This document shows positions 36,303 through 48,584 of a DNA stretch of 64,000 nt, one piece after another. Every line of letters starts with the position of its first letter. Position 1 is the first letter of the stretch. The translations under genes and the position numbers were made by a program. The DNA comes from Macrostomum hystrix. Its lineage: Eukaryota; Animalia; Platyhelminthes. The notes beneath the pieces are model-generated. The model was not told the origin of the DNA. It worked only from the letters and a program-made list of their open reading frames with translations, and ran no database searches. The stretch is from contig CATNEN010000029.1 in the NCBI GenBank assembly GCA_950097015.1, positions 6,324,001-6,388,000 of the forward strand, written 5' to 3'.

Positions 36303-36483
36303 GTCTAGTGAAGCTGGGAGTCCACTGCATCACAAACAGAAAGGTGGCAATCAAGATAGTCAACAGGGAGAAACTGTCCGAGAGTGTTCTGCAGAAGGTG
36401 GAGCGTGAGATAGCCATCATGAAGCTGATCGAGCACCCCAACGTGCTGGGCCTGTTTGATGTCTACGACAATAAAAAGTTCCT
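36303..36483 (+). CDS. BRSK2: BRSK/SAD kinase exon 2
   Basis: ttcacag|GT; [40 protein letters not shown]; CT|gtaagt. Confidence 0.97.
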
Positions 36484-37129
36484 GTAAGTCGCAAGTAACG
36501 TTTTTTTTGCGAAAACTTAACAAAAAATGTTTTTATTGATTTCTGCAACACATTTTAGCGAATTTATAAATTTGCTGTTGGCTTTCCGGAAATAGCTGCC
36601 TAGAAAATGGTTACTATGGGAAAATGCAACTGATGGGAATTTTTAGAACAAGAGAGTTAAAACAAATGTGCTTTGATCTGCTGACCAGCGAATAACATTA
36701 GCCCAAAATTGTTGACAGGTTTTCTGTCCTGTCTGTTACCCTCCTGCAGGACTAAATGACACCCCACTGTCTTTGAACCACAATTACCTGATTCAGTTTT
36801 GTTCGAACAAAATTAAATGGATCTTTTCTAGCCCAGTAGTTTTTAAGGGAAGTAATGTGTTTCCTATTTAGTTGTACTTTAGTTGGGCGGGAGCGTATAC
36901 CTTTTTAGAGATTGAAAGACGCCATTTGCTCCTACAAGAATTCGGCGCATCGCCGTAAGCTGCCTAAAACGGTTTCACGACTGACCTGTTTATTCTGTAA
37001 GCAGCGAAAGTTGAGGTCCTCTGCCTTTTTTCTAAAAATTGTTAATCCATTTCTCCATTGAGGAGAAACGGCTGTTTTATGGTTAAGTGTTCAAATGGTA
37101 ACCCGTCCGACTCTCGGACAAAAGTCCAT

Positions 37130-37661
37130 GTGCTTGATTCCGCGGCGAGGCCACATTCATTTGGGGGCTTATCAAGAAATTTTCCTTAGTAATTTTAATT
37201 ATAATTGATTACACCTGCCCCAATTGGGTCAGATGTGCAGCCGACAGCACAGCAGCAGCTAATGCGCGGCGCATCTGAAGGCTGCGTACGGCTGTTCAGT
37301 CCATGGACTGGGGGGACGCCACACCCACCTTCAATTATCCCAGCTGATGCTGGTACCCATTTAACAGCTGGGTGATCTGTAGCAATGCAGAGTTAAGTGT
37401 CTTGCTAAAGGACACAAATTGTTTCAGTGGAGTCGGGAATCGAACCCCCGACCTTCAAGTCGTGAGTCCGACGCCCTAACCACTAGGCTACAACCTCTCC
37501 TTAGGCACAGTGAGAGTGCACACTGCCTGAAGATGAGAAAATCAGGGCATATGTACACACCTGTGTGCGTTTGTGTGAGTGTGCCTGCATACAGTATCTG
37601 TGGTCGTGTGTGCTGAAGAATCAGCGAAATAGGCAGAATTGCCTCCTCGCTGGCTGCAGGT
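37130..37661 (+). mobile_element. SINE family B copy, interrupted by an antisense family A SINE
   Basis: GATTCCGCGGCGAGGCCACATTCATTTG is shared with ~44647-44674; 37501-37661 aligns with 44742-44894. Confidence 0.7.
37195..37500 (-). mobile_element. tRNA-derived SINE family A with a Deu/Nin/V-like central domain
   Basis: A box TAGCCTAGTGG, B box GGTTCGATTCC; GTGTCCTTTAGCAAGACACTTAAC...CACCCAGCTGTTAAATGGGTACC; AT-rich tail; acceptor stem unpaired. Confidence 0.8.
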
Positions 37662-38612
37662 CTAGTGTCACTAAACAATACACCCTTACATTATTGTTCA
37701 TTGCAAATAAGCTCCATGTAAACTGTGCGAATCGAATGCCAAAAAATTCTAAAGCTTCGACAGATCCCAGCCGACTAATTTGGCTTGTGTGGGGCCAGTG
37801 AAAGCCGAAAATAGCACTTTCAGCCTCCTGAGTCAGCCCAAGTCCTATACTAGTCAGGGCCTTGCACTTTTCCTCGTCCGGCCGATAGGCAACAGTTCCA
37901 CTCCTGGAACCTCAATCCGACCCCCAGTTTCCACTGCGCATTGGGGATAGATTTTTATTTTGCTTCTGTGGATGGCAATCGGATTTAATTGGGATGGCGA
38001 TTATTTCCCTACACTGGCTTCACATCCCGGCTGCTTTGATAGTGAAGTTCCATAATCCCCAGATTTTATGCGAAAGTCCCTTGGCCAGCTGCTTATCTTC
38101 TGCTTTTGCCGCTCTGGCTACAGGTGCGCAGAATTTTCTGACAGCCTCGCCAACTGACTAAGCCTGTTTTTGTTCCCAACTAGCTATCTATCTCGTATCT
38201 ATCAAGAGAGCATCTAGTCTGGTGATTGTACCAATAGTTGTGTCTTTTAGCAAGGCACTTCTTCAGTGCTTCAGTTGACTCATCGGTAAACTGGGTTCCA
38301 GGATCAGCTGTGACAGAAACTTAAGCTGGCATGGCGGCCTCCCATGTCTACGGACTGAACATCTGTACATCTGGCCCAACTAGATTAAGTGTAATTTTTA
38401 TCTTCTAACCTATCTATCCTCATGAGCGTACGTAAATATTATCGAACAGTTTCATAAATAGTTTCTTTCCAAACTTGCTAATCTCTGAAACAAAGGGTTA
38501 TGCAAACGGTTGCCGTGCCGTTGTCATGGAGACGGAAAACTTCCTCATACTGCCTTTTTTGCCATTTATGCAAAAGTGCAATGTAATTCATGTCTCAATT
38601 GCTTGGAATTAA

Positions 38613-38858
<246 letters not shown>

Positions 38859-39825
38859 TGAGTTGGATTTTGGTTTGAGAACACTGCTCAATAACAGTAG
38901 TGCGAGCTGTACAAGAAGAGCTGATCGTCAGGCACTGTACACTACCACTGTACCTTGGGATTTGGTCCTCATTGGGGAAAATAAACGACTTTTGCGCCCA
39001 CTAAAAGAGATGTTCTTGTTCGCATTTTGCTTTTTTATTTTTTAGTTTTTAAGCACGAACCAATCGCGTGTTTTGTGTAGGCGTCCGTCAACTACGAAAA
39101 ATATGGATGCACCGAAGACTGCGAAATTCCTGAAGAGAGAGAGGGAGAGAGAAAGAGAGAGAGCCAAAGCGAAAGGAAAACTTATTACTGATGTGCCGAC
39201 ACTACTCATCGATTGGAGAGAAGAGGACTAGAACTGTTTGCTGCTGCTGCTACTGCTGCCACTGACTCTTGCAACTGACTCCTTCTCTGAGTCTCTCTCT
39301 CTCCGTGTTTCCGCTCCCACCCCACGGCTCACGTCCCCTTATCTGGCCTTACCAAGTAGAACTGAATCGCTTCAGTTGGTTGAAATAATGCCGGGCAGAA
39401 ATGGCTTTCTTTCGTAGTTTATAAAGGTCGAGTTGAGGTCGGCGTTCTGTATCGAATTCCTGTCCAACCGGGCTCTGTCTGGGGTCTAGAGTTCGCGTGT
39501 GTTAGATTAGGCGAGTAGCTATAGACTATTGAAATTGAATGGATAAGTTGGTCTTTGGCTGCATGGTGGAGGAGAATGCTCCCAATCTACTTTTACTTCG
39601 GCCTCCTCTCTGCCCTATCTCTCCCAATCCCATTCTCTCTCTGTCTAGCTCTCTCATCAACTCTGGTTTATTTCATTGCCTTGTTATATCGCGCTTACAC
39701 CAAACAGGGCAATGCTATAGGCTATGTGGAGTCTTGTCTCAGTTGGTGGCGCCCTGACCTGGATAAGGGGGAACCGTCCCCAATTGGTTTGCTACTGCAC
39801 TCGAACAATCAAACTAATTGAATGA

Positions 39826-39960
<135 letters not shown>

Positions 39961-40123
39961 TGAGCACTGCTTGAGTGCAGCACTTTTGAGAAGTGCAGAT
40001 TCTTATGTTACTCTTAAGCTCATGTACTTTTGTATGTTCGAGTGAACTATCCGGGTGTCAGGTAAAAGTACAAAGAAACTCATCGCAGAAGTTCCTAATC
40101 CTAACTGAATAAATGAATTGCAG

Positions 40124-40157
40124 CTCACCACACTATGCCTGCCCGGAGGTTATAAGG
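40124..40157 (+). CDS. BRSK2: BRSK/SAD kinase exon 5 (34 nt)
   Basis: ttgcag|C; SPHYACPEVIR|gtaaat. Confidence 0.95.
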
Positions 40158-40589
40158 GTAAATAAATAGCAGTGGCCTGGTCAACTGCCCAGCATTGTTC
40201 GGCCGCTAATTCACACGGGGTCAATGCTTTGCTTCTAGTTTTCTGTAACTAACGGCTATTTGCAGTTGATGTTGTCGAGAATTCGTCTAGTATTATTGTC
40301 TGTTGTGTCAGTCTTGCTGTGCGATCCCTTGCTCCGCGTTATTTCCCATTTCACAATTCGTAAATTGTGATAAATTATTATTTTATTTTGCATGCAATTT
40401 CACAACTTTTTTCGGACCCAAATGCTTGACGATCTGGCCCGAAACTAGCCCAACCAGCATAGCTCGTAGAGCATGCGAAATGGAATTAGCGATAGTAGGG
40501 ATTTTAACTAAATTTTGGGATTTTAGTGGATTTTGGTATCATATAGGGGATTTAACTGCTTTCCGATTTTTACTGGTTTTGGGATTTGG

Positions 40590-40810
40590 ACTGATTTCCT
40601 AGTTTAGCTGATTAAGGATTTTGACTAATTTGGGATTTTGACTGATTTGGGATTTTTATTAATTTGGGATTTTGACTGATTTGGGATTTTGACTGATTTG
40701 GGATTTTGAATGATTTTGGGATTTTGACTGATTTGGGATTTTGACTAATTTGGGATTTTGACTGATTTGGGATTTTTATTAATTTGGGATTTTGACTGAT
40801 TTGGGATTTA
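40590..40810. repeat. 17-18-bp minisatellite (GACTGATTTGGGATTTT)
   Basis: Direct periodicity. Confidence 0.85.
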
Positions 40811-41429
40811 CTAGGATAATGGGTTATTTTGGTTAATTGGGATTTAGGTTTTTAGGGAATATCTTCGGGGATTTCTGTTATTACAGATTCTTATTAATAA
40901 GGATTTCGACGAGTTGGGATTAAAACAAATCTGCATAAAAAGATAATTTAAACTCCCAATCAGACTTTGATAAAGCGCCGAGTTATGCGCAGCTGAGCAC
41001 AGCTGAGGAGTATCGGGACGGACCAGCTGGCAGATTTCTCTCCAGCTCTTTCTAAAGCTCTTATCCCACTTTATCCCGTCCCATCCCATAGCTGTTATCC
41101 CTATCGGAGGATCAGCTCAGGGTGGAGTTTGTGTGGAAGACTTTCTCCTGCTCCTGCTAGCCGCAATTATTACTTCTTCCCTCTCCGCAGTCTCCTCCCC
41201 TGCTCACGCAGTACAGGGCGCGTGGACAACGGTTGCCAGGGCGGGAGGGGCTTTAGCAGGCTCGGGTTGTGTCTCCGTCTCAGTTTCTGGGCGAACACGC
41301 AGCTTCCCAAAATATTATAGCTTCCACGAGAGGCAGAAAGTTGGACTGAGCTGAATAGTGTACGGATTACAACGGGGAATGTTTTTGAGAAGGTGACCAA
41401 CAGAAGCTGCTGTTGCATAAGCTACTCTA

Positions 41430-41750
41430 TGAACTGCTCATTGATCTAAACTATCTGCTTAACAATCTGTTACACCTTGAGCTACTCTTTGATCTTCACA
41501 ATGAGCTTAACAATCAACTATGCAATCAGCTACTCTAGAGCTACACAAGTAGCTACTGTATGAGCAATTCTATGAGCTACTCTATGAGCTAGTCTACTAT
41601 ATGAGCGTGTCTATGAGCGACACAATGAACTACAAAATGAGCTACTCAATCATCTACAAAATTAGCTACTCAATCATCTACATAATGAGTGCTCAATAAT
41701 TTACAAAAAACTACTCAATTATCTACAAAATAAGCTACTATATGAGCGAA
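41430..41750. repeat. Degenerate tandem repeat rich in ATGAGCTACTC motifs
   Basis: Recurrent gagctact/aatca motifs with an irregular period. Confidence 0.6.
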
Positions 41751-42522
41751 TCAATAAGGTATTATATGGGCTGCAAAATACCCAGTACTTTCACCTGTCG
41801 CTTTTTAAGGTGTGAAATAAGATTTCCAGCTTGAAAGCAAAATTTTTCAAACTGCAGATTAAGAAATAAAATAATCATGCCGCCTCCGCAGAGCGGCTCT
41901 AGACTCTTCAAAAAAAATTGAGAAAATTTGACTTTCTTTGATTTCCGCTGCTGGAAAAAATTCTGGCGCGAGTGAGAAGATGAAAAGCATGTGTATATGT
42001 GCATGTATGTAGTTGTGTGTGTTGGTTGCATAGGCGGCATCCAGTATCCATTAAGCAGTGACTTAAAGAATCTAAAATCTGCCTTACGCAAAGGAAAGTG
42101 CAATCGCCTGGATGTTGCAGAGCTTCCTCAGATAAATCACTGCTCAGTGAGCATTGTGCACTGGAAAGAAACTTTGCCCATCCAAAAGTAAGAGACCGTC
42201 AACATCCAGCCGCTAAAAATGCTATCCAATATTTTATTTTGCCTCCTCCACCCGACCCCACACAATTTTCCTCTCCAAGCCTTTGCACGGGCCTCTATAT
42301 TCGCGCAAATTAATTAGCAGTTCCGCTCCAGTCCTCCGATCGATTGATTTCCTAACTATTTTTAGGCAACCCGCGCCAGTCCGCCGCACCGTCATTTTGC
42401 CCGACCTCCCGCACCACTACTGAGCTTTCAAGGCTGGGACATTGGTGACGAGAGTAGAAAGCAGATTTCTGATTATTCTACTCTGTTGTTTCAGGCCCCG
42501 ACAGTTCAGAACCTAGAGCACT

Positions 42523-42790
42523 CAACCGATCGATATCGGCCTGTCCCTATACTTTACAAAGGTTATCTTAGCCTGTCGGTCGTCACCAGCTCTCTAACCC
42601 CTCAATGTGCATTCAACCGATCGATATCTGCCTGCCCCCATACTGTACACACGCTATCTTATCTTGTCAGTCGTCAACAGCTCTCTAACCCCCCAATGTG
42701 CATTCAACCGATCGATGTCTGCCTGCCCCCATACTGTACACACGCTATCTTATCTTGTCATTTGTCACCAGCTCTCGAACCCTTCAATGT
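42523..42790. repeat. 91-bp tandem repeat, ~3 copies
   Basis: CAACCGATCG at 42523, 42614, 42705. Confidence 0.85.
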
Positions 42791-43364
42791 ACATTCAGAT
42801 AAATTTGAGCCTGCTACCACCTACTAATGAGCGCGAGTAGCTTAGGTTGGATTAGCTCAAAGTTTAGGCATCGATGACGTTGGGCTAATCATCAGGTTAG
42901 CCCTGTCGCCACTAAAAGGCTATAATTTTAGAATGTTAGAGCTTCAAGCCTACAATTTTTCTAGATAGCAATGTCTATTTTCAGTGGTTCTTCGAGCTGT
43001 CAATCTAACCTTCCTTATTTGGCCTAAAATTGCACATCCATCTGACGAAGTTATTTTTAAATTTGCACTTTTACAGCAGCAGTAAAGAGAAAGTTAAGCC
43101 TGGAAAATCTTGGCATTATCATTCTGACGTTTCTGTCGCTTTTTCAAATTTATCCTTAGCTTCGTGTCGTGTCAGGCAGTCAGTTGTCGCTTTTATGTCT
43201 GCTTGTTTACAAGTGCGTGCGACCAATGAAACTCCTATTTTAAACTGTAGGCCATCATTTCACACGGAATAAGGTCAAGCTGCCGGTAGTGAAAACTGCT
43301 GAGAAAAATAGAAGTGGGCGGTTAATCAATTAGAAACTGGATTTTATAACCTTGTTGTATCAGA

Positions 43365-43945
43365 GGATGAGATCAGTGTGAGAGAGATGAGATCAGCGTG
43401 AGAGAGATGAGATCAGCGTGAGAGAGATGAGATCAGCGTGAGAGAGATGAGATCAGCGTGAGAGAGATGAGATCAGCGTGAGAGAGATGAGATCAGCGTG
43501 AGAGAGATGAGATCAGTGTGAGAGAGATGAGATCAGCGTGAGAGAGATGAGATCAGCGTGAGAGACGGATGAGATCAGCGTGAGAGACGGATGAGATCAG
43601 TGTGAGAGAGATGAGATCAGCGTGAGAGAGATGAGATCAGCGTGAGAGACGGATGAGATCAGCGTGAGAGACGGATGAGATCAGTATGAGAGACGGATGA
43701 GATCAGTGTGAGAGACGGATGAGATCAGCGTGAGAGACAGATGACATCAGCGTGAGAGACAGATGACATCAGTGTGAGAGACGGATGAGATCAGCGTGAG
43801 AGACGGATGAGATCAGTGTGAGAGACGGATGAGATCAGTGTGAGAGACGGATGAGATCAGTGTGAGAGACGGATGAGATCAGTGTGAGAGACGGATGAGA
43901 TCAGTGTGAGAGACGGATGAGATCAGTGTGAGAGACGGATGAGAG
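43365..43945. repeat. 20/22-bp minisatellite (GATGAGATCAGCGTGAGAGA[CG])
   Basis: Direct periodicity; the unit gains 2 nt from ~43560. Confidence 0.9.
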
Positions 43946-44590
43946 AGCAGAGAGTTGGTGCATGAGACAAGTGAGAGAGAGATATAGGGGATGAGAGATA
44001 CTCGTAGAACTGTTAATTTAACGAGACAAAGCTAGAATTCAAATGCAGTGAATTATCAGCTCGGAAAAGCAGTCCACACTCATGCAGATAAGCGGTAAGT
44101 GAGGCGCATGTGTTAGTACAACAATAATCTAGTATAGGCCTAAGCTGTCTATGCAATATTAATAATTTTGAGGCCGCATTAGCTGGATTAATTACGATAG
44201 GCTGAACTGCAACTGCAAACAGCTAATACACTCCTCTTCCCCTGGCTCCTCCACTGCCATATAAAGTCTGAAAACTTTACTTCGCCAGAAAGTTGCCGCC
44301 CCGTCGGTTGGTTAGGCCTAAGTCTGTCTGATCCGCCGGCCCGCTCTCTTTCTCCTCCCTTCGCGAATCCGTCGAGTTTGTAATGGCATCTCGCGTCTGA
44401 TTAGCCAAGCGAAGTCTCTTCCGAGAGCTCCTAAGTGCCATTTTTTTCTTTCTGCCTCGAGCGGCAAGTCCTCTGCTATCGAGCAGTCTTCCTGCTGTCT
44501 CGCCTTCCACCTGTGAACTTCTGTACTCCTAAAGGCTCTCAGTTCTCAAATTTTCATCAGAGATTATGATTAGTCCAAGGAGGTGCAAAT

Positions 44591-44894
44591 GGAGTGAGTG
44601 GCACAGCGGTTGACGCGTTGCAGCTCGCACCAAGGTCCTTGAGTTCGATTCCGCGGCGAGGCCACATTCATTTGAGGCGCAGCCGGCGAGAGAAGGCTTT
44701 GGCGGCTTGTCGTGCAATTTACGCCATTGAGGGCCAACCTCCAAGGCGCAGTGAAGTGTACACTGCCTGACGATGAGAAAGTCACGGCAGATGTACACAC
44801 CTGTGTGCGTAATGCCTGCGTACTGTATTTACTATATATACTGTGCCCAGGAGTCAGAGAAATGGGGAGAATGGCCTCCTCGATGGCTGGAGGT
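44591..44894 (+). mobile_element. tRNA-headed SINE family B, uninterrupted copy
   Basis: A box TGGCACAGCGG (44599), B box GAGTTCGATTC (44641); second copy at 37130-37661. Confidence 0.72.
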
Positions 44895-44950
44895 TTTAAG
44901 GTGGTGCAAAATTTTGCCATCAAATAGCAGCTTTCATTATACTTAATTAA

Positions 44951-45226
44951 GGTGACTGCAGCCGTGTGGTTAGAGCGTCGGACTCACGACTTAAAACGTC
45001 ATGGTTCGATTCTTGACTGGAAGAAATCACTAACTCAAATCAGACCAGTCTGTTTGTGTCCCTCCTACGCAAAATATAACTCCCACCAACCTCAATCACC
45101 CTAGAATGTACGCAACGAACAACCAACCTCAATCACCCTAGAATGTACGCAACGAACAACCAACCTCAATCACCCTAGAATGTACGCAACGAACAACCAA
45201 CCTCAATCACCATAGAATGTACGCAG
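44951..45226 (+). mobile_element. Diverged SINE family A-like copy
   Basis: GTGGTTAGAGCGTCGGACTCACGACTT matches the 37500 head; B box GGTTCGATTC; TTTGTGTCC...AACTC...ATCACCC central-domain remnant. Confidence 0.65.
45086..45226. repeat. 37-bp tandem repeat, ~4 copies
   Basis: CCAACCTCAATCACCCTAGAATGTACGCAACGAACAA; period 37. Confidence 0.9.
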
Positions 45227-46880
45227 TTAACAGTTAGTAGTTTCCACTCTTTAAAGCATTCATTCACAGAACTTTCCAGCACACTACAGCTGAAGTATTC
45301 GGCGTTTAAAATTACCTCCTTATTCCAAAATATAGTTCGCGTATGTTGCTTAGTCGACGCATGAATTAATAACTAAAGATTACCTTCACCCAAGAAAAAA
45401 GTTGAATGTGTTAATTGATTCTTCGTACATCGCTTGTCAACAGGGCATGGGTTGGACTAAGAAAAAGTGTTGTAGTCTTATTCGTCGATATATTTTTTTG
45501 CAATTCGTTTTGCCTTACAGCAGCAGCTTTAGCAGCCCAAACAGTAATAGTGCACAGCTGTATGCGGCTGAGAGGCAATGGACTGGTCAGTGAAACAGGA
45601 GATGATGTGGCGTGATGGATAAGATGAAGAAAGCCTACAATACTGCGTCTTTTCCTCCCTCTCCGGGGCCTCATCATGGGTTTTTTATCTGCGCGCAACA
45701 CTATTAAGACTGACGCGTGAACCGTGAGTGTGTGTTGTTCATGCCATTGCGTTCTAAAGACCAGTTTGGGAAAACCCTACTGATGGGTGCGCCAAAACAA
45801 GAAGGGAAATAGATAATATACTTTTTCTAACCCTAAAATAAGTTTTAGGGCATGAAATTGAATTGGGATTTCGTCAAATAGACATTACTGTAAGTACGGA
45901 TTTCATGGAGTTGGGGTTTCATGGAGTTGGGATTTAATCAAATTGTAAAACTCAAATTTTCTTTGGGTTAGGTTATTATCGAATATATATTATAATACTA
46001 TTTAACTGTCATTCTGTGCAAAGTAGCTATATAAAAGAATGATTCGCATGAGCTTACTAGCAGCACAGCAAAGTCTGTACTAGTACCGGCCCGCTGTAGT
46101 TCAAATTGCTTGAGCTTAGTTCAGTTTTGTATCGGCTAAAAGCTGCAAAACCCAGTTCCGCTCCATGCTGAGGTCACGCAAACCCCCTTTAGGATTTTCG
46201 CTACCAATGGGGTTGGGCTACATTCCCTCGCCGTCCTCTAGTTTTGAACTGGAGTGAGATCAGAGGCGAGGGAGAAAGAGGGAGAGTTTGGGACGGGAGG
46301 GGAAGAGGGACCGCACGAGTTTCCCCGATGCTCAGACTAAATTGCATTTTTTTAACCCAACGATCCTTTCTCTCTACCACCCGTCTCTGTGTTCTGCCCC
46401 TAGTCCATTGCCTACGTGCCCCCATTCAATCTGCTAAATACATTTTGTTAGAAAAAATTGCCAATTTAGCTAGTATAGGTAATCAGTCGAATCAGTCGAT
46501 CCAGCTCTATCCAATTCTAGTGAACAGACGCAGTTTCTTAATTAATGTTGTTTAACAAATGAATGTTGTAATTTATTGATTATTCTTTTTTAGTTTTTAA
46601 GTCTACGCAAACTAAGACTTCAGTAAATTGATGTTGTGAAATTGTAGTCGTGTATTTCTTTCTCAGCTACAATATTCTTAGAAAATGACTGCCTTTTGCA
46701 GAACGTGCGGAACGAGCTTTGTGAGCGATTGACAAAGTGTTTGTTAGAATGCTTGCTATAGTTTTAAATATTCTTTCGTCTTAGAATATAGTTTTTAAAG
46801 TGCGTATTGATTGCTTTGGATTGAATTATTGTGTAAATAACTGTATACTGTATTTCATATTTCACATTTTTACCTTCAAG

Positions 46881-46949
46881 GGCGAAAAGTACGATGGGCG
46901 CAAGGCAGACATTTGGAGCACTGGCGTCATACTCTATGCCCTGCTAGTG
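46881..46949 (+). CDS. BRSK2: BRSK/SAD kinase exon 6
   Basis: ccttcaag|GGC; [23 protein letters not shown]|gtgagt. Confidence 0.97.
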
Positions 46950-47761
46950 GTGAGTCATACTCTATGCCCTGCTAGTGGTGAGTCATACTCTATGCCCTGC
47001 TAGTGGTGAGTCATACTCTATGCCCTGCTAGTGGTGAGTCATACTCTATGCCCTGCTAGTGGTGAGTCATACTCTATGCCCTGCTAGTGGTGAGTCATAC
47101 TCTATGCCCTGCTAGTGGTGAGTCATACTCTATGCCCTGCTAGTGGTGAGTCATACTCTATGCCCTGCTAGTGGTGAGTCATACTCTATGCCCTGCTAGT
47201 GGTGAGTCATACTCTATGCCCTGTTAGTGGTGAGTCATACTCTATGCCCTGCTAGTGGTGAGTCATACTCTATGCCCTGCTAGTGGTGAGTCATACTCTA
47301 TGCCCTGCTAGTGGTGAGTCATACTCTATGCCCTGCTAGTGGTGAGTCATACTCTATGCCCTGCTAGTGGTGAGTCATACTCTATGCCCTGCTAGTGGTG
47401 AGTCATACTCTATGCCCTGCTAGTGGTGAGTCATACTCTATGCCCTGCTAGTGGTGAGTCATACTCTATGCCCTGCTAGTGGTGAGTCATACTCTATGCC
47501 CTGCTAGTGGTGAGTCATACTCTATGCCCTGCTAGTGGTGAGTCATACTCTATGCCCTGCTAGTGGTGAGTCATACTCTATGCCCTGCTAGTGGTGAGTC
47601 ATACTCTATGCCCTGCTAGTGGTGAGTCATACTCTATGCCCTGCTAGTGGTGAGTCATACTCTATGCCCTGCTAGTGGTGAGTCATACTCTATGCCCTGC
47701 TAGTGGTGAGTCATACTCTATGCCCTGCTAGTGGTGAGTCATACTCTATGCCCTGCTAGTG
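46926..47761. repeat. 28-bp minisatellite made of the exon 6 end plus its splice donor, 29 full copies
   Basis: Unit GTGAGTCATACTCTATGCCCTGCTAGTG at 46950+28k (k=0-28). Confidence 0.97.
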
Positions 47762-48250
47762 ACAAATCATGTCCTGGTGAGTCATGACCTAGTGAGCCAT
47801 GGCCTAGTGAGTCATGCCCTAGTGAGTCATGCCCTAGTGAGTCATGCCCTAGTGAGTCATGGCCTAGTGAGTCATGACCTAGTGAGTCATGACCTAGTGA
47901 GCCATGGCCTGGTGAGTCATGACCTAGTGAGCCATGGCCTAGTGAGTCATGCCCTAGTGAGTCATGACCTAGTGAGTCATGACCTAGTGAGTCATGCCCT
48001 AGTGAGTCATGCCCTAATGAGTCATGCCCTAGTGAGTCATGGCGAAGTGAGTCATGACCTAGTGAGTCATGCCCTAGTGAGTCATGCCCTTATGAGTCAT
48101 GCCCTAATGAGTCATGCCCTAGTGAGTCATGACCTAGTGAGTCATGACCTAGTGAGTCATGGCCTAGTGAGTCATGCCCTAGTGAGTCATGCCCTAGTGA
48201 GTCATGCCCTAATGAGTCATGCCCTAGTGAGTCATGGCCTAGTGAGTCAT
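47762..48250. repeat. 15-bp minisatellite (AGTGAGTCATGCCCT), ~32 copies
   Basis: Direct periodicity; looks like a deletion derivative of the adjacent 28-mer. Confidence 0.93.
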
Positions 48251-48297
48251 GTCGCTGCAAGGTGTGAAGCCGCACACAAGCCTTTGCTGACCTTCAG

Positions 48298-48444
48298 GGC
48301 GCTCTGCCATTCGACGATGACAATCTGCGCAACCTGCTCGAGAAGGTGAAGAAGGGCGTATTTCACATTCCGCACTTTGTGCCGTCAGACGCTCAGAATC
48401 TGCTGCGGGCCATGATCGAGGTCGACCCGGCCAAGAGGATATCG
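48298..48444 (+). CDS. BRSK2: BRSK/SAD kinase exon 7
   Basis: ccttcag|GGC; [29 protein letters not shown]; TCG|gtaact. Confidence 0.97.
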
Positions 48445-48549
48445 GTAACTTCCGCATGCTCATAGTTTGTGTTCATTGCTCTATAACACTCGAACTGTGA
48501 ATAAAATACGAGCTGGTAATCCATATGCTATACACGTGTTCAATTTCAG

Positions 48550-48584
48550 CTCGAGAATGTCATCAAACATCCGTGGGTAACTGT
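48550..48584 (+). CDS. BRSK2: BRSK/SAD kinase exon 8 (35 nt)
   Basis: atttcag|CTC; LENVIKHPWVT; GT|gtaagt. Confidence 0.93.

Noticed and set aside
37424-37500. tRNA gene (CAC anticodon-like loop)
   Set aside because: The acceptor stem does not pair, the anticodon and T stems are defective, and it runs into a SINE core.
37524-37550. Hammerhead ribozyme in SINE-B (CUGA-N-GA in both copies)
   Set aside because: The required GAAA after stem II is absent (GGGC or CGGC); it folds as a plain hairpin.
41129-41354. Hydrophobic short ORF (MEDFLLLLLAAII...)
   Set aside because: GTG start, no splice support, intronic; likely chance.
44277-44510. Antisense exon-like ORF nested in a kinase intron
   Set aside because: It has plausible AG/GT ends but no recognisable protein or partner exons.
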